A stretch of DNA of 64,000 nt from an uncultured Planctomycetia bacterium (GTDB lineage: Bacteria > Omnitrophota > Gorgyraeia > 2-02-FULL-51-18 > JAGOUK01), in assembly GCA_964430735.1 (NCBI GenBank), contig CAYSFB010000002.1, positions 158,027 through 222,026 on the forward strand. The letters are read 5' to 3'. The translations under genes and the position numbers were made by a program. The notes beneath the pieces are model-generated. The model was not told the DNA's origin, did not search any database, and saw only the letters and a program-made list of their open reading frames with translations. Shown piece after piece: positions 11,701 to 19,771 of the stretch; position 1 is the stretch's first letter, and each line of letters opens with the position of its first letter.

Positions 11701-14700
11701 GGCGATGCGCGTGTCGGAAGCCGAGACCGTGAACGACCGTCTCGAAGCAGCTTCGCTTCCCATCAAGAGCCGAAGATCAGGGTCCCATTCCCCTGTCTCA
11801 GGATTCAGGTGCAGAGTATCCACGATCGGAGTTTGGGGATTCGAGATGCCCGACGCAATCAGGTAAAACGTTCCGCCCTTTTCGATGACATCCAAAACAC
11901 CCAGAGCGCCGAACTTCTGAGCTTGGGCCGCAAAATCGGCTTTGGCTTCGTCTTTATTGGCGCCAAGCTCGAGCCCCCTCAACGCATTCCATTGGTCGCG
12001 GAGGACTTGGCCCGCTTCCGCGTCAACCGGGATTTGCAACGCCGGACGGAACGGCGACCACATGTATCCATCCCGCAGCGCGACAGGATCCATCGTCGCG
12101 GCGCCCATCACGCGGCCAGTCGGAATGTGCACGAGAACCGCCGGAACAAACTGACCGATATAAAGGCCGAGCGGATCGGAATCGGACTTGGAAGCTCCGC
12201 CGATATTTACCCGGAAGCCGTTCTTGGCATCCGGCTGCGGCGCCGAACTCTTGCCCTCCATCCACCGGTTCCACCGCTCGGCATAACGCTCCTTCACAAA
12301 GGCCTGCGCATCCTGCAGGCGACGGAAGCGGCGTACCACCTGACCCTGCTCCTGGACATAAAACGAATATTGAACTGCATCGACTCTAGCGCCGCCGTAA
12401 TGCCAGAACTCCGTGTCTTCTTCGTCCGTCTCATACGTCCGGCCCAGCGCCAGGGACCCGATCCGCGTTCGCGAATCAGTGAGCGCCCTTCGGTAGGAGG
12501 CGAGCGAGCGAACAACTTTTTCGCCGTAGATGCCTCCCAGCGACTTTTCAAGGCTCCAGAGGGAACGGAATTTTTCCCATCGGTCGGCGAGCACCGCCAC
12601 GATCCGGTCGCTCATCTGCGGCAGAATGAAGGACCGGCGCGACACGGAAACGGTGTTGTGCGCCCCGGCATAACCTCCGAGCACCTCGCGGGCGCGCCAC
12701 GCACGGATGTATTCCTGCTCCCAAGGATGCTGGCGCTGGTTCGGGCGCTCCATGAGCCGCAAGCGTTCGATGTGCGCGTTCTCCCGCAGATCCGGCGTCG
12801 GCTCGACACGCCCGACCGCATCCTCGCCGGCCGCTTGCCGCGGCGACCAGGCAAGTCCGGCAAAAACGGCGCCCAGGAACAATCGCCGATTCACCTTCAA
12901 AGCCAGCCTCGCTCCGTCCGGCCGGATCCGGTCCCATAACGCCTTGAACCGCTCTTGGCGCGCGGCCCGGCGCGCCTGCACTCTCGAGTAAATATCTTTG
13001 ACCCGGCCGGCCACGAGTGTTTGGACTTCGGCGAATTCACCGCTTAATTCCACAATGGCGCCGACCGCGAATTCCTGCGCCACTAACCCAAGCCTGGAAT
13101 TCAACGCAACCCGGACCAGCATGGGCGCGGCCGTCGCACCCAGCTGCAGCATGACCGCATGGACAGCCACCCGCACGATCGCCCGCGCGCTGGCGTCCGT
13201 CAGCCCGCCTCCGTCCGCAATGTCCAGAAAGACCGGGAACAGCGCTTGTATCAGGCGGAGGTTTTCCGGCGCAACGGACAGATGGTTTATCGCCGCAGAA
13301 AGCAGCGCCTCTTTTGCCCATTCCAAATCCAAGTCCGGCCTCTGCCGCATGGCTGCGGCGGCCGCCAGCGCGCGCAGCGTCCGCATGGCTGCGACCGCTT
13401 CAGGATCCTTGGCGCCCATCCCTTTGAGAAATGCCCAGAGCTCGGAATTAATTTTTTCGCTTGTCCTCGGGTCCTCGATCAATTTATTGATGATCGCCGA
13501 CCAGTGAGCCCAATGAGTCTCTCCTGCTTCTGGAGAAAAACCTTCTCCGACGATTTCCTCGACCGCAGCGACAAAATGCTCCTTGATATCTCCTTCGACG
13601 GCCGCGCCGCCTCTCAATAAGGCGGGAATCCGGCTCCGAGCCGGTGCGGCCAGCTTCGCGATCTGGCTCCGCGCCGCCGGTCCGCCCGCACGCGTCAATG
13701 CCGAAAGCAGCGCAGCAGCGTCAGAAATCCGGCCAAGATTATCGACTGCGCCTGACGGAAGGCCCGCGTCCGCGATGGATTGGGTGACGATGGCGGACCA
13801 AGCCGACTGCGCCCGGCGGACCGCCTGCTCAGAACCGAGTTTGCGCAACAGGCCTGCCGCCTCGCCGAAGGCCAAGTCGCCGATCAACTGCTGGACGATT
13901 TGCAGATTCTGCTTCTGATCAATCCCGCCCTGCTCCAACTGCATGACCAATCCGGGCATCACATCGCGAACGAGTCCCGCTTTGATCTTCAAATCAATGT
14001 CCGGATCCGCCAGGATTCGGGCGAGCTCACTGACCAGAAAGGGATAATCCGGAACCGGAAGCGCCGGCGGATCGAAGAGCGGCCCGCGCTTTGCCGCGGG
14101 TTGTTGAGCGCCGGCGCGATTCGGCAGCAGCTGCGACAACCCGACCGCCAGTCCGCCGCCGACGAAGCCGCGCCGCGTGACGGAATCACCCGTCGGTTCA
14201 ACATCCGGTGTTGGTGCGGCCCAATCGTCCCTCTTGGCCTCAAAGAACTTGAGCCGGTCGCCGTCGATTCGACGGAACGCTGCGAAGTCCTCCTGATAGA
14301 ACTGCAGGGCCATCCGCGCAAAGCGCTCCTTCAAAAACATTCGCAGCCCTTTGCGTTTCATCTCGCTGAAGCCGCGACGGAGGAGCAGCCTCTCGATGGA
14401 CGCCAATCCGGTGGGACCTGCGACAAAAGTGTAGCCGGCATACAGATCCGGATTAGCGCGAAGATCTTTGGAGAATTCCTCGATCGCGCCCGCCACCTCG
14501 CGCGGCGAATACCCAACATCCATCAAATGCAACTCGATCCGGCCCTTGCCCGCCCGTTTTAAAAATAACGGGCCGTAACTGTGTCTCTCATAAAACCCAA
14601 GCAGCTGCCCGGCCTTCAGATTGACCTGTTGCAGCGCCCCCAGCAGCCGCGCCTGCCACGCACGCTTGGCGGTCTCGGCCATCCGGGATCCGGTTGTTTT

Positions 14701-17700
14701 GAGCAGCACATAGGCGTTCGATTCGCCCTCGATCAAGACATAGGGAGAAGTTATGATTCCTTCGGACGTCTTGCTGTAGAGCCGGAGCTCGCCTGCGACG
14801 GGAGCGATGAGTCGGCCGCCCGGAGCCAGCGCGCTCCAGACGGCATCCGGGACCTCCTTGACGGCGGCGGAGAGGACGATCGCGTCAAAAGCTCCGGGAT
14901 TTTGGGCGGCATACTGGATGCCGTCGTCCTGGACCAAGAGAACTTCCCGGCCGGATGCTTCGGGGAGGCTCCTAAGTTTCTCCAGGTTCGACCGTGCAAA
15001 CGCGGCCAGCTCGGGATCCAACTCAACCGCGACGGATTCACGGGCAAGCTGGCGCGCCCAGGCGGCCAAGTGTCCGGAGCCCGCGCCGATCTCGAGGAAA
15101 CGGTCTTCCGGCTTGAGCTGCAAGGCAGTCAGAATAAACGCCGAACGAGACGGCGCCGGCATCACCTGACCGTTCAAAGTCGCAATGGAGTCGTCCCGGT
15201 ACGCATCCGCGATCCGGTCCTTCGGAACAAAAAGATGCCGCGGCACCCGATCCATCGCATCCATCACTCGGTTCCAACTTTGAATGAAGGACTCGCTGCT
15301 TTCATAGAGCTGATCCAGCGGTTCCCGGAAGCGATCCGTGTTCATCACCGCGGACCAGACCGCCGATTTAAGATTTTCCTGCCCCTGGCGCTCATCCGCC
15401 CCGTCTCCCGCCGCCAGCCGCGCGCCCAGCTGCTTATAAATTGTCTCGAGGTTGTTCATCAGGGTTTTCCAAAATTCAGGGTCGTCGATTTGGTCACGGT
15501 CGATGCGGGCCTGCTTCTGCAACACATCGGCCAAGGCGCGGACCCTCATCGCCTCATCCAGGACCTCACCTTCACTCTTCAGGGGTCCGACACCCTGAAT
15601 CATTGCTGTAAAAAATTCCTCGTTCCCCATCAGAACGGCAAGCCGCCTCAAATCCTCCATCTCCTGAAGCCGGCGGTCGTCGGAAAGGCGCTCCAGGCGT
15701 TTGGCGAGCCAGTCATAGATTTTGAGAAGCGAATCGGAATACCGGGATCTCCGGGCGGTCTCCAGCGCCGGACGAAGTCCCCCCATTTCCCCGGCAATTT
15801 CGCTTGAAAAGATGCTGACATTTTCAAAGAATGAATGTTCCCGTGGATCGTCCAGTTCCCATTCCAGAGTCGTGATGTCCGAAGCCTCCAGCAAAATTCC
15901 TTTGAGCGCCTCGTGCCGCCGCTCGGGATTCTTAATTTGAACGGCCTTTTCGGCGGCGGCTTTAATCTTCTCAAAATCCTTCTCCAAATCCTCGATGCGC
16001 CGATTCCTGGCGAGCCACGGGCGCAGATACTGTTCGGCGAACTGCCTCCGGACGTTCGCGATTTGATCCGGCGTCAGCCCGCCTTCCTTTTTGTATCTTC
16101 CCAACCGCTTCTTGATGTCGCTGAAGACGGTCTCCGGGGAGAGCTGAGAATAAATGTAAAGAGGATGATCCGTCCGGTCATCAGCTTCGGAGCTGTATCG
16201 GTCCGCTTGTTGGATCAGCGACCGAAGCGCCTCCCGTTCCCGCTCCGTCAATCCATCGGCGGCCGCCAACCGGGCGCCTTTCAGCTCCTGAGCCGCCGCA
16301 TGAATCCTGGCCGGCAAACCTCTCTGCCGCGTCCCATCAGCTGCATCGGCGAGTCTGGATTCGGCAGGGGCAGACTGCTTCCAATCAACCAGGTAAGTCA
16401 CGTAACTGCCGGTTTCTGCGCGGTTCTCTGTGTAGTACAGAATCCTCGGATGGTCCGCGCTGGGGACCGGAAACCCTCCCGGCCAACTCCCGATGGACGG
16501 TTCGTGCAACTTCAGCTTTTCTCTAAGGTCCTGCAAAACGATGTCGTCCCCAAATTCGGGCCTGGCATTCCAGGCGACCAGCGCGCCATCGAGAGTCACG
16601 ATGGGGTTTTCTGCGGCGCCATCCAGACTCCGAGCAATCTCTTCTATGAACGTATTCCAGAAGCGGATTCCGTTTGCACCTCCGTCCTCGAGCTTTTTCA
16701 TCGTTTCGGCCAAATCGGACGTCCTGACCGATTCGGGTCGCAGCGGATAAGCAGGTGCGTTGACGGAAATAAATCGGACTGGTCCTTCGAACGCCGGTCG
16801 GCCTTCAGGATCCGTGGAGACGTTGGCGACCGCCGACTCAATTGTCTCGATGCCAGCGGCCTTCAGATTGACCCTGGCATTCGCGACGGCAAATGGATTG
16901 ATGTCCGAAATGCGGTAAACCAGTTCTTCTTCCCGCCCCGCCAGCCGGAGCGCTTCGTGCATAACCCAGGCTCCGATGCCGGTTCCGGTGCCCATGTCCC
17001 AAAGGCGGTCTCCGTCGTTGAACGAAAAACTGCCGACCTTCCTGGACAGGTCCGAAAAAAATGAGCTGTCGGCGCTGTCGTTCGCGGAATCGGCGGGCGA
17101 GTAAACGGTCGGGAAGAGAACGAAGATCGCGCGCGAGGAAGGGCCTTCTTTGGCCAGCATTTCTTTGGCCGCATCGTACATAGTAAGGGCGGGTTCGCCT
17201 TCCTGGTCCGCCTCCAGAAACGCCGACGGATCCACCCCGCTGACGTTTAATGTGGTGCCGTTGAGTTCTACATAGATAAACGGCGTCTGACGGGCTCCTT
17301 TCCACTTGCGTTCAAGCCGGGATGCCATTCCTCCGGCCTCGAGATGCTGTGCAAGCAGCTTGCGATTCGCATCGCGGGATTGGGCGAAGCTCTTCCACTC
17401 CGAGGCGGCCTCGGGATCTCCGACCCGCCGGAGGAGCTCGCCATCGATCGCGTAATCCGCCAGATCCAGATAAGAGTCCTTCTCCCCCTCCCGATCTTCA
17501 CGGAACGGATACACGGCCAGCGGAAGGCCGTTGTGCGAGTACACGCGGAACTTGACGCTTCGGCCGTCGAGGCGAGCCCATGCCGCCGGGTCCACCAGCT
17601 CCCGCAACAACAACGGACCGGTGATCATCTGCGAGGCGGCTTGCGTCTCCAGCTTCACCTCGTATTCGCGGACTTCGCCGCCGTCTTCGTCTTGGACCAC

Positions 17701-19614
17701 ATCCGCCGATGACACCGCGTCCAATCCCAACACTGCCCACAGCTCTCCAAGCGGCGTCCGATCCCGCCATGCGCGCAACAAGTCCGTCCGACCGTCTTTT
17801 TCCAAAATCGGAGAATCGCTTGCAGCGGCCAGCCGCGCAGCCTGGGTCATGCGCTCGGAGAACCCGTGGCCCATCCGCTGATCCGCAAACCGCGCTCCGG
17901 AGGTCTTGGCAAAGCTCTCGCGGGCAAATCGCGCGGCGGCGATTTCGGCGCGGAGGCCGCGCGGGATGCGCGTCTGGGCGACGTTTTGGGCGCGATAAGG
18001 GCCGGTGTCATTGGATGCCTTGGCGGCCAGGCGTTTTTCCTGCTGCCTCAGGTGCGACAGAAGCAGCTCCTCGTACTTCGCGTGATCGGTCGTGTCGGTG
18101 ACCACGGGCGTAAGAACGATGTACGACGTCCCTTCCCGCCTCAAAAGCTCCGTGAGGTGAGCCGTGTGATAGCCGCCGGCCACGAGCACTGCGGCCGAGA
18201 CGTTTTCGCGGTCCATGATCCGGCGGGCATTGTCGACAAAGGCCTCATCGCGCTGTCCCACAAGCTCATAGAACCGGCCGAAGTCGGCGCGGGCGGCTTC
18301 GAGATGATCTTCGGTGGGCACAAGACTCTCGAAGAATCCCAGGTCCGCCAGCTTGCGGTTCATAAAGGCCAGCCAGGACTCGGTCGGGAAGTCCTTTTCG
18401 TTGAACGTGAACGTGCCGAAATCCCGGGACGACATTTGAAGCTTGTAGGCGTTGCCGAGCAGGCCCAAGAACCGGTCGATCGCGCGGACCTTCCGCGCAT
18501 CATCGTCCGGAAGCAGCCGCTCGTAGACCTGGTCCTCAAGCCGCTCCGTCTCAGCGAGAAGGTCGTCCAGGCGGATGTCCAAAAATTCGGACAGATAAGC
18601 TTCGTACGCCCGCAATTCGGCGAACAGTTCCGTCTCGATGCGATGCCCTTCAGCCGTGCGCAACAGATCGCGAATGAGCAGATACTGAGATGCCTGAGAG
18701 GCCTTCAGGCGCTTGGACTGCTCCAGGAACCGCGACACGGCCTCGCGGTCGCCGCGGCCGGAGACCGCTTCGAGCAAGCGCGCCTGCTCCGCGTTGGCCC
18801 GGTCAAAGTCGATCGACCGCTCCCGCTCGAGCAGGACGCGCAGCTTGAGGATGCTTGGGTAGTCTTCGAGCTGCAGCCCCGCCCGGTCCACAAGCTCCAA
18901 AAGCGCCGTCAGCCCCGTCTTGAAGTCGACGGCCGCGTCCGAATCGGCCGAAAGACGGCTGCGCTCATAGTCCTTCAGCTCCTGCGGATACATCCGCACT
19001 TTGAGCCGGTCCAGCGAGGTCTTTGCCTGGTACAAGTAATGCAGAATGTCCTTGCGCCGGTCGACGAGCGCCGCGTAGGCCTTGACCGAGGCGTCGTAGA
19101 GATCTTGGTTTTCGGCGCCGGAGATTTTCATGGGGCGTTCGCTCGTCAGATTCAGATATTCTTCGCCGGAGATGATGCCGTCGTACAAGAAGCGGCGGGC
19201 GATGATCTTCCACTCCTTGAGCGGAGCAAGCTTGCGGACGGCGTCCAGCGATGCGTCGCGGGACCCGCCTTCCACCAGGACCACCGGCAAGTCGTACCGG
19301 CCGAGCAGGTCGTCGAGCGCCTTCGCCAGCGACTGCTGGCCCGAGAGATTCGCGTGGGCATCCTGGATGTGGATGATGAGACGGCCGTTCGTTCCGGCGT
19401 GAACCTCCTGCAGCGTGACCGCGTGCAGCGGGAGATCGAGACGGGAGGGGTCGGATACAAAGGGCGCGATGGCAAGGCGCGCGGCCGCGGCAGGAGCCGG
19501 CTGGATCGGCGGCACCCCTGGACCGGGCGATGCCCAGACGATGTCCTGCGCCGTCAAGCAGGCCAGCGTCAAACATGAAATAAGTTTAAGTTTATTCTTT
19601 AATATAGAGGGCAT
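5758..19614 (-). CDS. giant secreted multidomain protein (4618 aa), paralog of the 36639..50036 gene
   Basis: Uninterrupted 13.86-kb ORF. N-terminal signal peptide. The N-terminal ~600 aa are homologous to giant 2 (IHIQDAHANLSGQ / LVAGGYHTAHLTEL). Internal PCMT-like domain (FLEIGAGSGHLAAW...FDAIVLSAA...GGRLIAPV) near 14.7-15.3 kb. HemK-like methyltransferase motifs (DMGTGTG, NAPAYP) near 16.6-17.1 kb. Six copies of [DG]GARLA plus AAARLA and GARFAD variants. Confidence 0.85.
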   Translation of the reverse strand: MPSILKNKLKLISCLTLACLTAQDIVWASPGPGVPPIQPAPAAAARLAIAPFVSDPSRLDLPLHAVTLQEVHAGTNGRLIIHIQDAHANLSGQQSLAKALDDLLGRYDLPVVLVEGGSRDASLDAVRKLAPLKEWKIIARRFLYDGIISGEEYLNLTSERPMKISGAENQDLYDASVKAYAALVDRRKDILHYLYQAKTSLDRLKVRMYPQELKDYERSRLSADSDAAVDFKTGLTALLELVDRAGLQLEDYPSILKLRVLLERERSIDFDRANAEQARLLEAVSGRGDREAVSRFLEQSKRLKASQASQYLLIRDLLRTAEGHRIETELFAELRAYEAYLSEFLDIRLDDLLAETERLEDQVYERLLPDDDARKVRAIDRFLGLLGNAYKLQMSSRDFGTFTFNEKDFPTESWLAFMNRKLADLGFFESLVPTEDHLEAARADFGRFYELVGQRDEAFVDNARRIMDRENVSAAVLVAGGYHTAHLTELLRREGTSYIVLTPVVTDTTDHAKYEELLLSHLRQQEKRLAAKASNDTGPYRAQNVAQTRIPRGLRAEIAAARFARESFAKTSGARFADQRMGHGFSERMTQAARLAAASDSPILEKDGRTDLLRAWRDRTPLGELWAVLGLDAVSSADVVQDEDGGEVREYEVKLETQAASQMITGPLLLRELVDPAAWARLDGRSVKFRVYSHNGLPLAVYPFREDREGEKDSYLDLADYAIDGELLRRVGDPEAASEWKSFAQSRDANRKLLAQHLEAGGMASRLERKWKGARQTPFIYVELNGTTLNVSGVDPSAFLEADQEGEPALTMYDAAKEMLAKEGPSSRAIFVLFPTVYSPADSANDSADSSFFSDLSRKVGSFSFNDGDRLWDMGTGTGIGAWVMHEALRLAGREEELVYRISDINPFAVANARVNLKAAGIETIESAVANVSTDPEGRPAFEGPVRFISVNAPAYPLRPESVRTSDLAETMKKLEDGGANGIRFWNTFIEEIARSLDGAAENPIVTLDGALVAWNARPEFGDDIVLQDLREKLKLHEPSIGSWPGGFPVPSADHPRILYYTENRAETGSYVTYLVDWKQSAPAESRLADAADGTRQRGLPARIHAAAQELKGARLAAADGLTEREREALRSLIQQADRYSSEADDRTDHPLYIYSQLSPETVFSDIKKRLGRYKKEGGLTPDQIANVRRQFAEQYLRPWLARNRRIEDLEKDFEKIKAAAEKAVQIKNPERRHEALKGILLEASDITTLEWELDDPREHSFFENVSIFSSEIAGEMGGLRPALETARRSRYSDSLLKIYDWLAKRLERLSDDRRLQEMEDLRRLAVLMGNEEFFTAMIQGVGPLKSEGEVLDEAMRVRALADVLQKQARIDRDQIDDPEFWKTLMNNLETIYKQLGARLAAGDGADERQGQENLKSAVWSAVMNTDRFREPLDQLYESSESFIQSWNRVMDAMDRVPRHLFVPKDRIADAYRDDSIATLNGQVMPAPSRSAFILTALQLKPEDRFLEIGAGSGHLAAWARQLARESVAVELDPELAAFARSNLEKLRSLPEASGREVLLVQDDGIQYAAQNPGAFDAIVLSAAVKEVPDAVWSALAPGGRLIAPVAGELRLYSKTSEGIITSPYVLIEGESNAYVLLKTTGSRMAETAKRAWQARLLGALQQVNLKAGQLLGFYERHSYGPLFLKRAGKGRIELHLMDVGYSPREVAGAIEEFSKDLRANPDLYAGYTFVAGPTGLASIERLLLRRGFSEMKRKGLRMFLKERFARMALQFYQEDFAAFRRIDGDRLKFFEAKRDDWAAPTPDVEPTGDSVTRRGFVGGGLAVGLSQLLPNRAGAQQPAAKRGPLFDPPALPVPDYPFLVSELARILADPDIDLKIKAGLVRDVMPGLVMQLEQGGIDQKQNLQIVQQLIGDLAFGEAAGLLRKLGSEQAVRRAQSAWSAIVTQSIADAGLPSGAVDNLGRISDAAALLSALTRAGGPAARSQIAKLAAPARSRIPALLRGGAAVEGDIKEHFVAAVEEIVGEGFSPEAGETHWAHWSAIINKLIEDPRTSEKINSELWAFLKGMGAKDPEAVAAMRTLRALAAAAAMRQRPDLDLEWAKEALLSAAINHLSVAPENLRLIQALFPVFLDIADGGGLTDASARAIVRVAVHAVMLQLGATAAPMLVRVALNSRLGLVAQEFAVGAIVELSGEFAEVQTLVAGRVKDIYSRVQARRAARQERFKALWDRIRPDGARLALKVNRRLFLGAVFAGLAWSPRQAAGEDAVGRVEPTPDLRENAHIERLRLMERPNQRQHPWEQEYIRAWRAREVLGGYAGAHNTVSVSRRSFILPQMSDRIVAVLADRWEKFRSLWSLEKSLGGIYGEKVVRSLASYRRALTDSRTRIGSLALGRTYETDEEDTEFWHYGGARVDAVQYSFYVQEQGQVVRRFRRLQDAQAFVKERYAERWNRWMEGKSSAPQPDAKNGFRVNIGGASKSDSDPLGLYIGQFVPAVLVHIPTGRVMGAATMDPVALRDGYMWSPFRPALQIPVDAEAGQVLRDQWNALRGLELGANKDEAKADFAAQAQKFGALGVLDVIEKGGTFYLIASGISNPQTPIVDTLHLNPETGEWDPDLRLLMGSEAASRRSFTVSASDTRIASGLQAPSMLPDYAQANFISQVRPASKAEEQRNAAMMEDIRLFGGGVIGGVLYVSDGSGEIQKSEEKALELHLRLLQEKVNEEGRSQSEEKIRLAVERIREIRRTRSWTDADGRLHAIFEGLVPVAAKADLWEDRVRRRFRGEKIKSVTDQELDAAADESVALHPKPTLGTLLRLRRLVEQRLSAETASKEGPEALLRLVRGMKRFYSDPDVALPPNTLLETVRILDEIRKRAVSEDIQREAGEAALEVGLRPLGPDSDELLSYVEKHAKARNSLNSEVQNRYIGMPEDWNLENYPDRRAEWMNYLRYILFDPTTRSPRPGREGVPVGSEAGGWIAEALRLGPAEAESGSDALLDSDQRILVSLSPDRLMTRGVVSLAVSTSLKPGVRPETRARLVEAVGDMVRRLDLKNASTHKRSEVILLHPVVVEAITALDQMSGLREFDDLKQSIRRTQKRILDHALQALLADEKDTLGVPFLINAWSRVLPVILMHSETGRPRTQPDGLEAALTDSDARLWLEVVTQIMERRMKPAVRSIAGDIPLDVKRDLKRVSEKFKGTDLSDAAQRLAETAGALDGARLASGSVGSFDEDEADGRMSRRGFFRWTALPAVLSVAGPAAEGLAKALVRRNRENPIVGRKVITPEIGSPGVFQIQIPVIFSRRIPVGAEEAAESFSDAGSRLLVSNIDGYQMGVHDSGRLPMDDFILREKMTKVRGNSGPLKLEPHHFYPEENGGYSIRLRVVSLFGAEPAVDLGQPWTPEPERMTLLRGALKGAMWGLLGAVWILAAPQRRNFRDWIDGIDWSVREPYEAPEDDEAWVARLQQILNPDDRASDGARLASRSGFEDELIERLNDLMADILRFPYHESRAAQPLHAKEEERMIKAVVQLALAQREIAASSAVSAYNHLVRAWLNLEYPSTEFISSWARDDDDQDFYEEFQIQLVDIIRSLVSEYPGSVRSEDLEEIRPAAQYLLAETLRAAANLLPKRSNESGTALKLADLVDGFPASTESRRDSSDWRVEVTGVAQKVQKWIKIIEKKPYIVQDPEPARERQAAEKVLNPIFASSEFGRGKKASRKIGKLHGAMSVDNLVPGSPDWIAGDEAGIEAMNVILADRTLIRRLPPARRDRLPSQLRRDLEFLAAREVVNERQLVRLNRTAISHAYGKGVPSWDPEALVKDVVQVSAPEGAQADELITTALANAQHLTVILTAQALTPGGALYGYQAAARELERLLGSDGETAGSAALILSDIRKTQNEFWYDSNRAITHTNKLRTWSYEERRNLYQTADRLLGQIEKSAQEIKALKTTEKSSDQTQNLILEQLQTMIITLRYLSEEGRKERYARTILMGPDRIERAVYDEVLTARIEKLSSLSGGGKPDLRFIEEQNAVASNGTGPVRMVRTFFQDQALTLWRARVGIFLAEHSLNRSVIGRYFPHFIRYGRIDPSRSQEGPDSLSLTAEQLRKMRIYPDQFEHPQGESALYLLEEEPAAERLDDWVQAGAADLQVLNALLAVTAAFKYLHESSFFLAQSKIPLDRIRITGNGGSYEPFFTGILSPISLETDSRVGVDEFKSYMRSIGGSVELPDGRKPARTHLIRIDEAALQDVIRSVSRLLPASSRVKGDLFKLSRQQNVEGIRDYLMRIRSRLSNKEPDGARLAVAGRRLLAGALTLPDKSISAEEADQLWPGMRNAAEGASRYLAGSRLSLAVDGTRRVGLVVPSMERSRTASVVPGPELQFTAGRLVSGARLAGALGRKLDRWLGILARAGDTAIRMQLIANIGDWGQDGVRANAASLGRMVSGQKGGSSVRLITTRVTGLVQPGADENARGYVQRSEVLGQIRKAGREGIYSVVVMSGGAVQELLKDLSAADRAEIEKWIVFSPVGKADSNSPYVNYPAAAGRGTQLAFVKSKAGSPDAVTAADITLSAIGRFFMKGAETFYRSMLTLPPADPAAQQDYYKDLKAAEFRPLNVGRLLDAMRRMIQAVAKAA

Positions 19615-19771
19615 AACAAACCATCGGAATCCGTCGAGTTCCTCCCCAGCCGATTAAGCGATTTTAATCATTCTTAAGTTAAGTTTACCCGACCGGCGCC
19701 ATTTTTCAAGGGAATGGCGGAGATAGATTCTGGTGATAAAAATCCTGGTTTTGACCTATAATAACGGCTCA

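Noticed and set aside
17866-19578. 570-aa ORF on the plus strand, together with many other long ORFs antisense to real genes (72..1214 +, 4030..5718 +, 11641..12939 +, 14581..15807 +, 15835..17064 +, 21055..22722 +, 25551..26828 +, 27021..27905 +, 28019..28969 +, 33402..36371 -, 55309..58089 +, 58461..59579 +, 62666..63775 +)
   Set aside because: Their translations are extremely Arg/Gly/Pro/Ala-rich low-complexity with no motifs. They lie exactly antisense to ORFs with clear domain signatures. This is the typical stop-codon-poor reverse frame of a high-GC genome.
5758-19614. Possibility that the giant ORFs are NRPS/PKS megasynthases or RTX/Ig-repeat adhesins
   Set aside because: No condensation, adenylation, KS, AT or PCP signatures and no tandem Ig, cadherin or RTX nonapeptide repeats are visible. 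The domain content is heterogeneous and enzymatic.
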